64,000 bases of DNA from Deltaproteobacteria bacterium (GTDB lineage: Bacteria; Desulfobacterota; Deferrimicrobia; Deferrimicrobiales; Deferrimicrobiaceae). The stretch lies in NCBI GenBank assembly GCA_037439645.1, contig JBBIVQ010000003.1, positions 3,879 to 67,878 on the forward strand, in the 5' to 3' direction. The notes beneath the pieces are model-generated. The model was not told where the DNA came from. It did no database searches and saw only the letters and a program-made list of their open reading frames with translations. Every line of letters starts with the position of its first letter. The first letter of the stretch is position 1. Made by a program: the position numbers and the translations under genes. Of this stretch, positions 28,196-38,678 are shown piece after piece.

Positions 28196-28774
28196 ATGAT
28201 CGAGCGGATCGAAGAGGCGTTGGGCAGGTTGCTGGCGGACCCGTCCGCGACGGTGCGGGAAGCGGCGTCCGGGGCGATGGACCGCACGCGCGCGAAGCGG
28301 TCGTTGGAGGAGTTCCGGTCCGGGATCCGCGGGGGCACCGCCGGTGAGAAGATCCGCGCGATCCACGCCGCCGCGGAGGTCGGCGGAACGGAAGGGGTTT
28401 CCCTGCTCCTCGAGGCCATTTCGGATCCGGAAGCGGAGATCCGCGGAGCGGCCGTGCGCGCGTTGGCCTCGTTCCCCTCGCCGGGCGTGATCCGGTCGCT
28501 GTGGGAGATGCTGCCACGGGAGCGGGGGGTCGTGCTCGGGAACATCCTCGAGACGCTGGGTGCCTCAGGCCGGAGGGAACTTGCCCCCCACATCGAGAAA
28601 TTCCTCGATCACCCCGAACCGGAAGTCCGGGCGAAGTCGGTGTCGGCGTACGCCCGTTTATGCGACGGTCCGGGGTGGGAAAAGATCCTGTCGCGCGCCG
28701 GGGATTCGAGCGAAACCGTTCGCGCCGCGGTGGCGGAATCGCTCGGCGCATGGACATCGTCGCCGCGCGTCTGA
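28196..28774 (+). CDS. HEAT-repeat (PBS-lyase-like) protein
   Basis: Starts at MIERIEEALGRL. Repeated DPSATVREAASGAM, DPEAEIRGAAVRALAS and EPEVRAKSV HEAT-like motifs. Confidence 0.7.
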   Translation: MIERIEEALGRLLADPSATVREAASGAMDRTRAKRSLEEFRSGIRGGTAGEKIRAIHAAAEVGGTEGVSLLLEAISDPEAEIRGAAVRALASFPSPGVIRSLWEMLPRERGVVLGNILETLGASGRRELAPHIEKFLDHPEPEVRAKSVSAYARLCDGPGWEKILSRAGDSSETVRAAVAESLGAWTSSPRV

Positions 28775-28777
28775 GTT

Positions 28778-30166
28778 TTACGGCGATGCCGCCTGAAGGA
28801 CGCCGCTCATCGACACCGGCGGGTGCATCAGCGGGTTGACGGTCCCGAGGATCGACCGGCGGGGGTGTCCCGAGGACGGATCCGGTTCTTTCAGGTCCAC
28901 TTTTCGGGGCGCGGCCAACGCGTTCCCGGCCCGGTCGAACAGGATCGCCACCGTCGGGACGCCTTTCCCCTCGTCGGGGATTCCGGTTACGACCCCTACC
29001 TCCATCGTGCTCAGGCGCACCATGGTTCCGACGGGATAGGCCCCGAGGGACCGTTCCATCAACGCCACGAGATCGGGATCGAGCGATTTCCCCGCCAGTT
29101 TCCTCATGATATCGAGTGCCTGCCGGGGAGTCCGCGCCTTCTGATAGGATCGCATCGTGGTCAGCGCATCGTAGCAGTCCGCGACCGCGATGACGTGCGA
29201 GTGCGGATTCATCCGGTATTCCGGCTCGGGCCGCGGGTACCCGGTCCGGTCGTACCGCATGTGGTGTTCCCGGACGACGCATCGCGTCGATTCCTGGATG
29301 TGAGTCATCTTCCCGAGGATGGCGAACCCCTCCTCGGGATGTTTCTTGATCTCTTCGAACTCCTCGACCGTCAAGGTTCCGGGTTTCCGGATGAGGTCGA
29401 GGGCGAGCTGCGTCTTCCCTACGTCGTGCAGCAGGCCGGCGACGCCGACGGCGATCCGTTCCTCGTCGGACAGTCCGAGGGTTTCGGCGACGGTGAGGGA
29501 GAGGACGGATACGTTCACCGAATGGTTGTAGGTGTACTCGTCGAAGTTCTTGATCAGGGTGAGCGCCAGCATGGCGTCGCGGTTTCGCGATACCATCCCG
29601 TTCATCTCCCGGACGGCCCGGTCCGACTCCGCTCCGTCCGGCGTCTTCCCGTTCCGTACGTCTTTCAGGGCTCGCACCACCACGTTCAGGGCGTTCCCGT
29701 AGATTTCCCTGGCGAGGGCGAAGTCGTCCTTTTCCTCCTCTTCGGTCGCGGTCACCCGGATGTGGGTGACCCCGCGTCCCGCGAGCCGGGTCTTGATCTC
29801 GACGATCGGAAGCCCCTGCTCCTTCGTTTCGTGCAGGAACCGGACGAACCGCTCGATGTCTTCCACCGAGACGCCCCGTTCGAAGATGACGGCGGGGACT
29901 CCGATCGCCCCGAGCCGGGAAATGAACAGCTCGAGGGAAGAGGTCAGCTGGAAGATGGGGACCCCCTCGAGAACGAGGGTTCCGTCCGAGACGGTAAGCG
30001 CGAGCTCCGCCCGGTCGGAGAAGAACGGCAGGAGTTCCAGGTGGCACTTTTCCACGGGGGAACGGACCAGGGGGTGAGCGGAGGGATACAGCCCGCGATT
30101 TTTCAGCGATGCGCCCAGGGAACGGATGACCCCGGCGATCGCGCTCTCCATCTGCCTGCGATCCAA
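28778..30166 (-). CDS. HD-GYP domain c-di-GMP phosphodiesterase
   Basis: HSVNVSVLSL...GLLHDVGKT...HHMRYDRTGYP (HD and GYP motifs), with an N-terminal uncharacterised domain. Confidence 0.85.
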   Translation of the reverse strand: MDRRQMESAIAGVIRSLGASLKNRGLYPSAHPLVRSPVEKCHLELLPFFSDRAELALTVSDGTLVLEGVPIFQLTSSLELFISRLGAIGVPAVIFERGVSVEDIERFVRFLHETKEQGLPIVEIKTRLAGRGVTHIRVTATEEEEKDDFALAREIYGNALNVVVRALKDVRNGKTPDGAESDRAVREMNGMVSRNRDAMLALTLIKNFDEYTYNHSVNVSVLSLTVAETLGLSDEERIAVGVAGLLHDVGKTQLALDLIRKPGTLTVEEFEEIKKHPEEGFAILGKMTHIQESTRCVVREHHMRYDRTGYPRPEPEYRMNPHSHVIAVADCYDALTTMRSYQKARTPRQALDIMRKLAGKSLDPDLVALMERSLGAYPVGTMVRLSTMEVGVVTGIPDEGKGVPTVAILFDRAGNALAAPRKVDLKEPDPSSGHPRRSILGTVNPLMHPPVSMSGVLQAASP

Positions 30167-30182
30167 GCGTTCCCCCCCTTCC

Positions 30183-31763
30183 TTAGAGCGACCTTCTCCC
30201 GATGATCCGTTCGGCCTCGACCCGGATGGAACGGTCGGAGGACCTCCGGGCGCGATCGAGAACCTCCCCGGAGCGCTCTCCCTTGATCTTTGAGATGCTG
30301 CGGAGAGCGTGGAATTTCATCCCGCGAAACGATTTCGTCCGCCAAAGCGCACGCAGCGCGAGGATCTCCTCGAGGGCGGTGACCGCCTCGTCGGTCCCGA
30401 TCGACCGGAGGGAATCGATCGCCTCGTGGGCCAGCCGGTAGTTCGGGTACAGGATGATTTTGGTCGCCGCCCGGCGATACAGGGCGACCACCGCCTCCTG
30501 CTCCTTCTTCGACGCCAGCGCGGCGGTCGCGGTGAGGGCGACCGTTTCCTCCGGGAAAAAGCAGAGTTCACAGAGGGCGGTGACGGCGGAAGGGTGGGGG
30601 ATCCTCGACAGCGCCTTGATCGCTTCCTTCTTCACCCGCAGGTCGGGATGGGAAAGCGTCGCGGCGACGTGCGGGGCGAGGTCCGGCAACCCGAGGGCGC
30701 CGAGCACGGTGATCATGTTCCGCACCATGTACCAGCGGGAATCCGACAGGTTTTCGAGGATCGTCGGGACGGCGATTCTCCCGATCCGCGTGACGATTTC
30801 GACGATCGCCTTCCTGACGAGAAGGTCGTCTTCCTCGGCCAGCGCCTGGAGCAGGGGTCCGACCGAACGCCCCTCCAGAGCCACAAGCACCGCGTCGACT
30901 TCGCCGCGCCCGCGGGATCCGCGCTTCTTGAGCAGGCCGATGTAGTGGGCGACGAGTTCGTCGGAGGCCACTTCCCTGATCCCGAGGCGGGCGAGTCCGG
31001 CGATTTCGTCGCTTCCCCCGGGAGGGGCTTCGATGTGGCGGACGAAGATCGCCATCGCCTGCGTGGCGTATTCGATCTTCCGCTCGGGGCGTTCCGCGAG
31101 CAGGAAGCGGGAGAATTCCACGATGAGACCGCGGTAGGCGGCGGGGTCGGTCTCTTTCGCGATCCGGGCGATCAAGGTGTCGATCGTGACGACTTCCTCG
31201 GGAGGCATGACGCCGGTCACGGGTTCGTTCGAAGCCGCGAGCGGATCGTCGGCGATTTCCTCGGGCGGGATCTCCTCGAGTTCCTCCTCCTTCAACAGTT
31301 GCGTGAGTTGTTCGTAGTCGACGCGGTTCGCCCAGATCCGGGTCACCTTCTCCCGCAGCAGGATCCGTTCGAGCCCGCCCGCGTCCTGGATTTCGTCGGG
31401 GTCCCGCGTGATGACCTTGAGGCACGAGACGACTTCGTCCGGTTGGAGGTCGGGGAGGAAGATGAGCCGCGCCGCCCGCCGCACGTAGAGATCCTTGTTG
31501 AGGTCGGCCGCCGCCTTGTTCCCGACGGCGGGGAGCGGGACGTCCCGGTAGAGAAGCGCGTTCTTCGTGACGTCGATCGAAAGTCCTTCCTCGGGAAGCG
31601 GAATCGCTTCGAACATCCGGATGATCTTCGTGACGGACTGCAACAGGGTCGGGTGGCCGGCGGGGTAAAAGGACGCGTATTTCGTCCCCTTGGCGAACTC
31701 GTTGACCGCCAGCGCGACCCGCTCGAGGTACAAGTCGTCCGGAATCTCCGGAGGCTCGGTCAT
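30183..31763 (-). CDS. HEAT-repeat protein (~527 aa)
   Basis: The start is at MTEPPEIPDDLYLE (ATG 31761-31763); upstream of it the ORF is low-complexity. The C-terminal half has PBS-lyase HEAT-like repeats (DSRWYMVRNMITVLGALG, HPDLRVKKEAIKALSR). Confidence 0.7.
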   Translation of the reverse strand: MTEPPEIPDDLYLERVALAVNEFAKGTKYASFYPAGHPTLLQSVTKIIRMFEAIPLPEEGLSIDVTKNALLYRDVPLPAVGNKAAADLNKDLYVRRAARLIFLPDLQPDEVVSCLKVITRDPDEIQDAGGLERILLREKVTRIWANRVDYEQLTQLLKEEELEEIPPEEIADDPLAASNEPVTGVMPPEEVVTIDTLIARIAKETDPAAYRGLIVEFSRFLLAERPERKIEYATQAMAIFVRHIEAPPGGSDEIAGLARLGIREVASDELVAHYIGLLKKRGSRGRGEVDAVLVALEGRSVGPLLQALAEEDDLLVRKAIVEIVTRIGRIAVPTILENLSDSRWYMVRNMITVLGALGLPDLAPHVAATLSHPDLRVKKEAIKALSRIPHPSAVTALCELCFFPEETVALTATAALASKKEQEAVVALYRRAATKIILYPNYRLAHEAIDSLRSIGTDEAVTALEEILALRALWRTKSFRGMKFHALRSISKIKGERSGEVLDRARRSSDRSIRVEAERIIGRRSL

Positions 31764-31814
31764 CTCATCGTTGGAAATCGGGGTTTTATTGACATACAGT
31801 AGTAAATATCCGAT

Positions 31815-32303
31815 ATGGGCGCCGTACAAGTCAATCGTTTTCGGGAAAACCGTTGGGTCCGTGCAGGGTTGCGCGCCGTCGCCACGGGGTTCGGCGCGGG
31901 CCGGTTTCCCGTGGCTCCCGGGACGGCGGGCACACTGGTCGCCCTTCCCCTGTGGTACTGGTCCGGCGGATGGGGAGTGCGACATCTTCTCCTCCTCTGC
32001 GGGGTGCTCCTCGTCGCCGTGCCCGCCGCCCGTGAAGAGATGGACGCGACCGGAAGTTCCGACCCCGGCGTCGTGGTCATCGACGAGATCGCCGGGATGT
32101 TGCTCGCGGCGACCGGCATCCCGTGGGGTGTCCGCCCGGCCCTCCTCCTCTTTCTCCTGTTCCGGTTGTTCGATGTGTTCAAATTCGGACCCGCGGCGTG
32201 GTTCGATGCGCGCCGTGGAGCCGTATACGTGGTGGCGGACGACCTGGCGGCGGGGATGTACGCGGGTCTTTCGTACCGGGGGATCGATTGGCTGATCGGA
32301 TGA
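31815..32303 (+). CDS. pgpA: Phosphatidylglycerophosphatase A
   Basis: GFGAGRFPVAPGTAGTLVALPL...VVIDEIAGM is the PgpA family. Confidence 0.85.
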   Translation: MGAVQVNRFRENRWVRAGLRAVATGFGAGRFPVAPGTAGTLVALPLWYWSGGWGVRHLLLLCGVLLVAVPAAREEMDATGSSDPGVVVIDEIAGMLLAATGIPWGVRPALLLFLLFRLFDVFKFGPAAWFDARRGAVYVVADDLAAGMYAGLSYRGIDWLIG

Positions 32304-32791
32304 CCCTCTCGTCGGCGAAGTCCCTCGGAGCGGCGTTGACCGCGGCCGGGAAGACCGTCGCCGTTGCGGAATCGTGCACGGGGGGGTTGCTGGGGGGGGC
32401 GATCACGGCGATCCCGGGAAGCTCCCGCTACTTTTCCGGGGGCGTCGTGACGTACGGCGATTCCTCGAAGAGTTCCTTGCTGGGCGTTCCCCCCGAACGG
32501 ATCGCCGCTCGCGGAGCGGTGAGCCGCGAGGTGGCGCTTGCGATGGCCGAGGGGGTCCGTTCGCTCTTCCGGGCGGACCTTGCGATCGCCGTCACCGGTG
32601 TGGCGGGGCCCGGCGGCGGCAGCCGCGGGAAGCCGGTGGGAACGGTGTGGGTGGCCGTCGTCGCCTCCCGCGGGGTGCGGGTTGCGCACCGCTTCCGGTT
32701 TCCCGGAGGCCGCGAGGCGGTCCGGCGGCAGACCGTCCTCGCCTCGCTTCGCGCCGCGGCCGATCTCCTCGAAGCGGGGGAGGAAGGATGA
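32300..32791 (+). CDS. pncC: CinA C-terminal-domain protein (nicotinamide-nucleotide amidohydrolase PncC-like)
   Basis: LGAALTAAGKTVAVAESCTGGLLGGAIT...GTVWVAV is the CinA_C domain only. ATGA overlap with pgpA. It precedes recA, as in many cinA-recA loci. Confidence 0.85.
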   Translation: MTLSSAKSLGAALTAAGKTVAVAESCTGGLLGGAITAIPGSSRYFSGGVVTYGDSSKSSLLGVPPERIAARGAVSREVALAMAEGVRSLFRADLAIAVTGVAGPGGGSRGKPVGTVWVAVVASRGVRVAHRFRFPGGREAVRRQTVLASLRAAADLLEAGEEG

Positions 32792-33360
32792 GGGTCTTCC
32801 TCGGGATCGGTCTTCCCCCCGTAGTCCGGGATGCCATCGCGTCGTCGATCGCATCGATCCGCGGCCTTCACGCCCCCGTGGGGTGGACGCCGCCGGAGAA
32901 CCTGCACATCACCCTGAATTTCCTCGGAGAAATATCTCCGGAACGGGTGAGGATCGTCGAGCGGCCGATGCGGGCCGTGGCGTCCGGGACCGCTCCGTTC
33001 TCCCTGGCGACGGCAGGGGGGGGAGCGTTCCCCGGCACGAGAAACCCGCGGGTCCTCTGGGTCGGTTTCCTCGAACCGCTTGAATTGGTAAGGCAGTTGC
33101 AACAGAATATGACGGACGCGCTCTCGGGGGCCGGGTTCCCCAGGGAGGACCGCCCGTTCCACCCGCACATCACGGTCGGGCGAACCCGCGGTGCGCTTCC
33201 CCCCGCATGGGGCGAGCGGTTCGTCCAGGCGTTTTCCGGGAAGGGATTCGGCGTCGTACCGGTGTCGTCCTTCACGTTGTACGAAAGCCGCCCCCGCCCG
33301 GGCGGGACGGTGTACGCGCCGTTGAGCGATTTCCGCCTTCAGGGCGGCGGCGAGCGGTAA
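32788..33360 (+). CDS. thpR: RNA 2',3'-cyclic phosphodiesterase (2H family, ThpR/LigT)
   Basis: Two H-x-T/S-x motifs (HITLNFLG and HPHITVGR). ATGA overlap with the upstream gene. Confidence 0.85.
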   Translation: MRVFLGIGLPPVVRDAIASSIASIRGLHAPVGWTPPENLHITLNFLGEISPERVRIVERPMRAVASGTAPFSLATAGGGAFPGTRNPRVLWVGFLEPLELVRQLQQNMTDALSGAGFPREDRPFHPHITVGRTRGALPPAWGERFVQAFSGKGFGVVPVSSFTLYESRPRPGGTVYAPLSDFRLQGGGER

Positions 33361-33380
33361 CCACGAGAGGAGAAGGAACC

Positions 33381-34409
33381 ATGAGCCAGGATGCGGGCCG
33401 TCGCAAGGCGCTCGACATGGCCGTCGCGGCGATCGAGAAGAATTACGGTAAGGGATCCATCATGCGCCTGGGGTCGGACGCCCCCGTGGAGAACGTTTCC
33501 GTCATTTCCACGGGCGCCATCTCCCTCGACGCCGCCCTCGGCATCGGCGGGATTCCGCGGGGCCGGGTTACGGAGATCTTCGGCCCGGAATCGTCCGGAA
33601 AGACGACGCTCGCCCTTCACGTCATCGCCGAGGCGCAGCGAACCGGGGGGATCGCGGGGTTCATCGACGCGGAGCACGCTCTCGACCTCATGTACGCGAG
33701 GAAACTGGGGATCTCCACGGAAGACCTGCTGATCTCCCAGCCCGACACGGGGGAGCAGGCGCTCGAGATCGCGGAGATGCTCGTGCGCAGCGGCGCGCTC
33801 GACGTCCTGGTGGTCGACTCGGTCGCCGCGCTGGTTCCGAAGGCGGAGATCGAGGGGGAGATGGGGGACGCCCACATGGGGCTCCAGGCGCGCCTCATGT
33901 CCCAGGCGCTGCGCAAGCTCACCGGGACGATCAGCAAATCCCGGACGGCGATCATCTTCATCAACCAGATCCGGCAGAAGATCGGGGTCATGTTCGGGAA
34001 CCCCGAGACCACGACCGGGGGAAACGCGCTCAAGTTCTACGCGACCGTCCGGCTGGACATCCGCCGGATCGCCCAGATCAAGAAGGACGAGGGGGTGATC
34101 GGGGGCCGCACGCGGGTGAAGGTGGTGAAAAACAAGCTCGCCCCGCCGTTTCGCGAGGCGGAGTTCGACATCCTTTACGGGGAAGGGATCTCCCGGGAGG
34201 GCGACATCCTCGATCTCGGCGTGGAGCAGGACGTCGTCGAGAAGAGCGGCGCGTGGTACTCTGTCGGCGGGGAACGGATCGGGCAAGGGAGGGAGACCGC
34301 CCGCCTGTTCCTCAAGGAGCATCCCGACATGGCCGGCGACCTGGCGAAGAAGATCCTCGCGAAGCGGGGGATCGCGGGGACCGGGGAGGCGGCGGCGGAA
34401 GGAGCGTGA
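33381..34409 (+). CDS. recA: Recombinase RecA
   Basis: [31 protein letters not shown]...[12 protein letters not shown]...[23 protein letters not shown] upstream. Confidence 0.97.
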   Translation: MSQDAGRRKALDMAVAAIEKNYGKGSIMRLGSDAPVENVSVISTGAISLDAALGIGGIPRGRVTEIFGPESSGKTTLALHVIAEAQRTGGIAGFIDAEHALDLMYARKLGISTEDLLISQPDTGEQALEIAEMLVRSGALDVLVVDSVAALVPKAEIEGEMGDAHMGLQARLMSQALRKLTGTISKSRTAIIFINQIRQKIGVMFGNPETTTGGNALKFYATVRLDIRRIAQIKKDEGVIGGRTRVKVVKNKLAPPFREAEFDILYGEGISREGDILDLGVEQDVVEKSGAWYSVGGERIGQGRETARLFLKEHPDMAGDLAKKILAKRGIAGTGEAAAEGA

Positions 34410-34413
34410 CCCC

Positions 34414-35541
34414 TTGGATCTGAACGAAATCCTCCGGGCGGCGGCGCGGCACGGCGCATCGGACGTCCACCTGAAGGTCGGGCTTCCCCCCGTTTTCCGG
34501 ATCAACGGGAAACTCGTGCCTCTGAAAGTCCCCGAACCGCTGAAGGCCGGGGACCTCGAGGCGATGACCGGGGTCGTCTTCCAGGAAGGGCAGAAGGACC
34601 GGTTCGACCGGCACCACGAGCTCGACTGCGCCTACGGCGTCCCGGGGCTCGGCAGGTTTCGCGTCAACGTGTTCCAGCAGCGGGGGACGATCGGCATCGT
34701 GATGCGGCTCGTGCCCGTCGGCGTGAGGACGTTCGAGGATCTCCACCTGCCGAAGGTGATGGAAAAGATCGCCATGGAGGAGCGGGGACTGGTCCTTTGC
34801 ACCGGGACCACCGGGTGCGGCAAGTCGACCACGTTGGCGGCGATGGTGCAGTACATAAATACCCACCGCAGCTGCCACGTCATGACGATCGAGGACCCGA
34901 TCGAGTTCCTGCTGCGCGACGGCAAGAGCATCATCAATCAGCGGGAACTCGGCGTGGACACGTCGTCCTTCGCCGACGCGCTGAAGAGCGCCCTCCGGCA
35001 GGATCCCGACGTGATCCTCGTCGGGGAGATGCGCGACCTCGAGACGATCGAGACGGCGATCCTCGCCGCGGAAACGGGTCACCTCGTCCTGTCGACGCTG
35101 CACACCATGGACGCCGCCGAGACGATCAACCGGATCGTGGCGTCGTTTCCGCCGTTCCAGCAGAAACAGATCCGCCTGCAGCTCGCCTCGGTCCTCAAGG
35201 CGGTCATCTCCCAGCGTCTCCTCCCCCGGGCGGACGGCCAGGGGCGCGTTCCCGCGGCGGAGATCCTTCTGAACACCGCCCGGGTGCGGGAATACATCGA
35301 GGACAAGGACAAGACGCGCAAGATCCGCGAGGCGATCGCGCAGGGCTTCGTCAGCTACGGGATGCAGACCTTCGACCAGTCCCTCCTGACGCTCCTCAAG
35401 GAGGGGCTCGTCACCCTCGACGAGGCCCTCCGGCAGGCCAGCAACCCCGACGACTTCGCGTTGCGGGTCCGCGGAGTCTCCTCGACCTCGGACCTCACCT
35501 GGGACGATTTTGAAAAGGGCGGCCCCCCGAAAACCTCGTAG
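34414..35541 (+). CDS. pilT: Type IV pilus retraction ATPase PilT
   Basis: [42 protein letters not shown]. Full PilT N-domain and ATPase core. Confidence 0.9.
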   Translation: MDLNEILRAAARHGASDVHLKVGLPPVFRINGKLVPLKVPEPLKAGDLEAMTGVVFQEGQKDRFDRHHELDCAYGVPGLGRFRVNVFQQRGTIGIVMRLVPVGVRTFEDLHLPKVMEKIAMEERGLVLCTGTTGCGKSTTLAAMVQYINTHRSCHVMTIEDPIEFLLRDGKSIINQRELGVDTSSFADALKSALRQDPDVILVGEMRDLETIETAILAAETGHLVLSTLHTMDAAETINRIVASFPPFQQKQIRLQLASVLKAVISQRLLPRADGQGRVPAAEILLNTARVREYIEDKDKTRKIREAIAQGFVSYGMQTFDQSLLTLLKEGLVTLDEALRQASNPDDFALRVRGVSSTSDLTWDDFEKGGPPKTS

Positions 35542-35590
35542 GGGGGAAGCCGGCCGGTCTCCGGGCGGGGGGATCGAGCTCGCCATCGGG

Positions 35591-36028
35591 ATGCTGGCGC
35601 GCCGCCCCTTGAGCGAGACGGAGGTGGCCCTCGGGCTCGCGCGGAAGGGGATCGCCGCGGCCGGGATCCCCGCGGTCGTCTCGCGCCTGCGGGACCTGGG
35701 CCTGCTCGAAGACGCCGCGTTGTGCCGCCGGCTGGCCCGTTCCTACCAGGAAGAACGACGGTACGGCCCCGCGAAGATCGCGTGGAAGCTGGCGGCGCGC
35801 CGCTTCCCGCGGGACCTGGTCGAGGAGGCGCTACGTGAGGTCGCTTCCCCCGGCGCGGTGGCCGAAGCCGCATCGGGCGCGCTTCGGAAAAAGTTCCGGG
35901 GCGGGATCCCCCCGGGGCGGGAAGGCGCCGCGAGGGCGTACCGGTTTCTGGCCGGGCGCGGCTTTCCCCCCGACGCCTGCAGGGCCGCCGTGGGCCGGGG
36001 ACGGACCGAATACTCCCAAGGAGACTGA
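35591..36028 (+). CDS. recX: Regulatory protein RecX
   Basis: RecX-family three-helix repeats (LARRPLSETEVALGLARKGIAAAGIPAVVSRL...). The start is placed at the first ATG after the pilT stop. It is followed immediately by alaS. Confidence 0.75.
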   Translation: MLARRPLSETEVALGLARKGIAAAGIPAVVSRLRDLGLLEDAALCRRLARSYQEERRYGPAKIAWKLAARRFPRDLVEEALREVASPGAVAEAASGALRKKFRGGIPPGREGAARAYRFLAGRGFPPDACRAAVGRGRTEYSQGD

Positions 36029-36031
36029 TCC

Positions 36032-38662
36032 ATGTCCATGACGGGTGCGCAGCTCCGCTCCGCCTTCCTCGACTATTTCGGAAGGAACGGGCACAAGATC
36101 CTGCCCAGCGCTTCGCTCATCCCCGGGAACGACCCCACCCTGCTGTTCACCAACGCCGGGATGGTGCAGTTCAAGGAGTATTTCCTCGGGCAGTCGACGG
36201 CCGACTGGAAGCGGGCGACCACGGCGCAGCGGTGCCTTCGGGTCAGCGGGAAGCACAACGACCTCGAGAACGTGGGCTACACGGCGCGCCACCATACGTT
36301 CTTCGAGATGCTGGGGAACTTTTCGTTCGGCGACTACTTCAAGAAAGATGCGATCTTCTTCGGGTGGGACTTCCTCACGCGGGAGGTCGGCCTCGACGGC
36401 ACGCGGATGACCGTCTCCGTCTTCCGCGATGACGACGAGGCGTACGACCTCTGGCACAAGACGATGGGGGTCCCCGCCTCACGGATCGTCCGGTTCGACG
36501 AAAAGGACAACTTCTGGTCGATGGGCCCCACGGGGCCGTGCGGCCCCTGTTCCGAGATTCTCTACGACCAGGGGGAGGGGGTCGGTTGCGGCCGCCCCGG
36601 CTGCTCGGTGGGGTGCGACTGCGACCGGTTCCTCGAAATCTGGAATCTCGTGTTCATGCAGTACAACCAGGACGAATCCGGGGGCCGGACTCCGCTGCCC
36701 AAGCCGAGCATCGACACGGGGATGGGCCTCGAGCGCCTCGCCGGCGTCGTGCAGGGGGTGAACAGCAACTACGACACGGACCTGTTCCGGCCGGTCCTCG
36801 ACGGGATCTCCCGCCACGCCGGGGTGCCCGTCGGCAAGTCCCCCGATCTCGATGCCGCGATGCGGGTCGTCGCCGACCACGCGCGGGCGACCGCCTTCCT
36901 CATCGCCGACGGGATCGTCCCTTCCAACGAGGGGCGCGGGTACGTGCTGCGGCGGATCATGCGCCGGGCGCTGCGGCACGGGAAGAAACTCGGGTTCGAC
37001 GGCCCCTTCCTCCACCGGGTCGCCGGGATCGTGGTCCGGGAGTTCGAGGGGGCGTACCCGGGCCTCGCCCAGAGCGCATCGTTCATCGACACGGTCGCGT
37101 TCCAGGAGGAGCGCCGGTTCCTCGAGACGCTCGACGCGGGCCTGCGGATGGTCGAGGAGGAGTTTTCCCGAATGTCCGGAGGGGCCAGGGTCTTTCCCGG
37201 CGAGGCCGCCTTCAAACTGTACGATACATACGGGTTTCCGGCGGACCTGACCGCGGACCTGTGCCGGGAACGGGGGGTCGCCCTCGATTCGGCGGGATTC
37301 GAAAAGGAGATGGAGCGGCAGCGCGCCCAGTCGAGGGTCTCCTGGAAAGGCGGGGAGGTCGGCTCGCAGGACGCCGTCGCGGCGGAGCTTGCCCGATCCG
37401 GCATCACCGCGGCCTTCGTCGGGTACGACCGGCAGGAGGTGGCGGCCCGGGTGGTCGCCCTCTTCCTCGGGGGGGCGCGCATCGGCTCCGCGGACCGCGG
37501 GGAGGAGGTCGACGTCGTCACGGACGTCACCCCCTTCTACGGCGAGTCGGGGGGGCAGGTGGGGGACGTGGGGACGATCACGGGGGACGGCTTCTCCCTC
37601 GAGGTCACCGATACGCGGCGTCCTTCGGGCGACCTGGTCATCCATCGCGCAAAGGTCGTCTCCGGGACGGTCCGGGAGGGGCAGCCGGCGGACCTCGCGG
37701 TCGAGCCCGGGGCCCGGCGCCTGACCCAGGGGAACCATACGGCGACGCACCTGCTCCAGGCGGCGCTGCGGAAGATTCTCGGCACCCACGTGAAGCAGGC
37801 GGGGTCGTACGTGGGCCCCGACAAGCTGCGCTTCGACTTTTCGCACTTCGAAGCGCTCTCCGCCGGGACGCTTTCCGCGGTCGAGGAGGAGGTGAACCGG
37901 GCCGTCTTCTCCCCCCGGCCCGTCACGTGGGAATCCGTGCCGTACGACCGGGCGGTGGCGGCGGGGGCGATGGCGTTCTTCGGGGAGAAGTACGCGGACA
38001 TCGTCCGGATGGTGACCGTGGCGGACGTGAGCCGGGAGCTGTGCGGCGGGACGCACGTGCGGAACACCGCCGAGATCGGCCTCTTCCGCATCCTCTCCGA
38101 GGGTGCGGTGGCCGCCGGCGTCCGGAGGATCGAGGCGGTGACGGGATTGCCCGCCTGGCGGTCCCTGCGCGAAGATGCGGGGACGCTCCACGGCCTCGCA
38201 CGGGAGTTGAACGTGGCCGCTCCGGAACTTCCGGAGCGGGTGCGGAAACTGTCGGCCCAGGTCAAAGCGCTCGAGAAGGCGCTTCAGGAAGCGCGGCGGA
38301 GGTCGTCGCGGGACCTGGTGGGAGAGATCCTCTCCGGCGCGACGGAAGTCGCCGGGGTCCGGCGTGTTTTCGCCGAGGTCGAGGCGATGGACGCCGCGGC
38401 GCTGCGTGACCTTGCCGATGCGGTGAAGGGGAAGATGGCGAGCGGGATCCTGCTTCTCGGAACCCGGGACGGGGAACGGTGCCACCTGGTGGCCGGCGTC
38501 ACCCCCGACTTGACCGGAAGGTTCTCGGCGTCCGACATCGTCCGGAAGGCGGCGGCGTCGGTGGGCGGAGGCGGCGGCGGGAGGAAGGACATGGCGCAAG
38601 CCGGCGGATCCCGGGTCGAAAAATTGGGGGAGGCTCTCGCCACGGTCGCGTCGTGGGAGTGA
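36032..38662 (+). CDS. alaS: Alanine--tRNA ligase
   Basis: 876 aa. MSMTGAQLRSAFLDYFGRNGHKILPSASLIPGNDPTLLFTNAGMVQFKEYFLG..., an editing-domain HxxxH motif, and a C-terminal DHHA1 domain. Confidence 0.97.
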   Translation: MSMTGAQLRSAFLDYFGRNGHKILPSASLIPGNDPTLLFTNAGMVQFKEYFLGQSTADWKRATTAQRCLRVSGKHNDLENVGYTARHHTFFEMLGNFSFGDYFKKDAIFFGWDFLTREVGLDGTRMTVSVFRDDDEAYDLWHKTMGVPASRIVRFDEKDNFWSMGPTGPCGPCSEILYDQGEGVGCGRPGCSVGCDCDRFLEIWNLVFMQYNQDESGGRTPLPKPSIDTGMGLERLAGVVQGVNSNYDTDLFRPVLDGISRHAGVPVGKSPDLDAAMRVVADHARATAFLIADGIVPSNEGRGYVLRRIMRRALRHGKKLGFDGPFLHRVAGIVVREFEGAYPGLAQSASFIDTVAFQEERRFLETLDAGLRMVEEEFSRMSGGARVFPGEAAFKLYDTYGFPADLTADLCRERGVALDSAGFEKEMERQRAQSRVSWKGGEVGSQDAVAAELARSGITAAFVGYDRQEVAARVVALFLGGARIGSADRGEEVDVVTDVTPFYGESGGQVGDVGTITGDGFSLEVTDTRRPSGDLVIHRAKVVSGTVREGQPADLAVEPGARRLTQGNHTATHLLQAALRKILGTHVKQAGSYVGPDKLRFDFSHFEALSAGTLSAVEEEVNRAVFSPRPVTWESVPYDRAVAAGAMAFFGEKYADIVRMVTVADVSRELCGGTHVRNTAEIGLFRILSEGAVAAGVRRIEAVTGLPAWRSLREDAGTLHGLARELNVAAPELPERVRKLSAQVKALEKALQEARRRSSRDLVGEILSGATEVAGVRRVFAEVEAMDAAALRDLADAVKGKMASGILLLGTRDGERCHLVAGVTPDLTGRFSASDIVRKAAASVGGGGGGRKDMAQAGGSRVEKLGEALATVASWE

Positions 38663-38678
38663 GCGATCCCCCCGGGGG

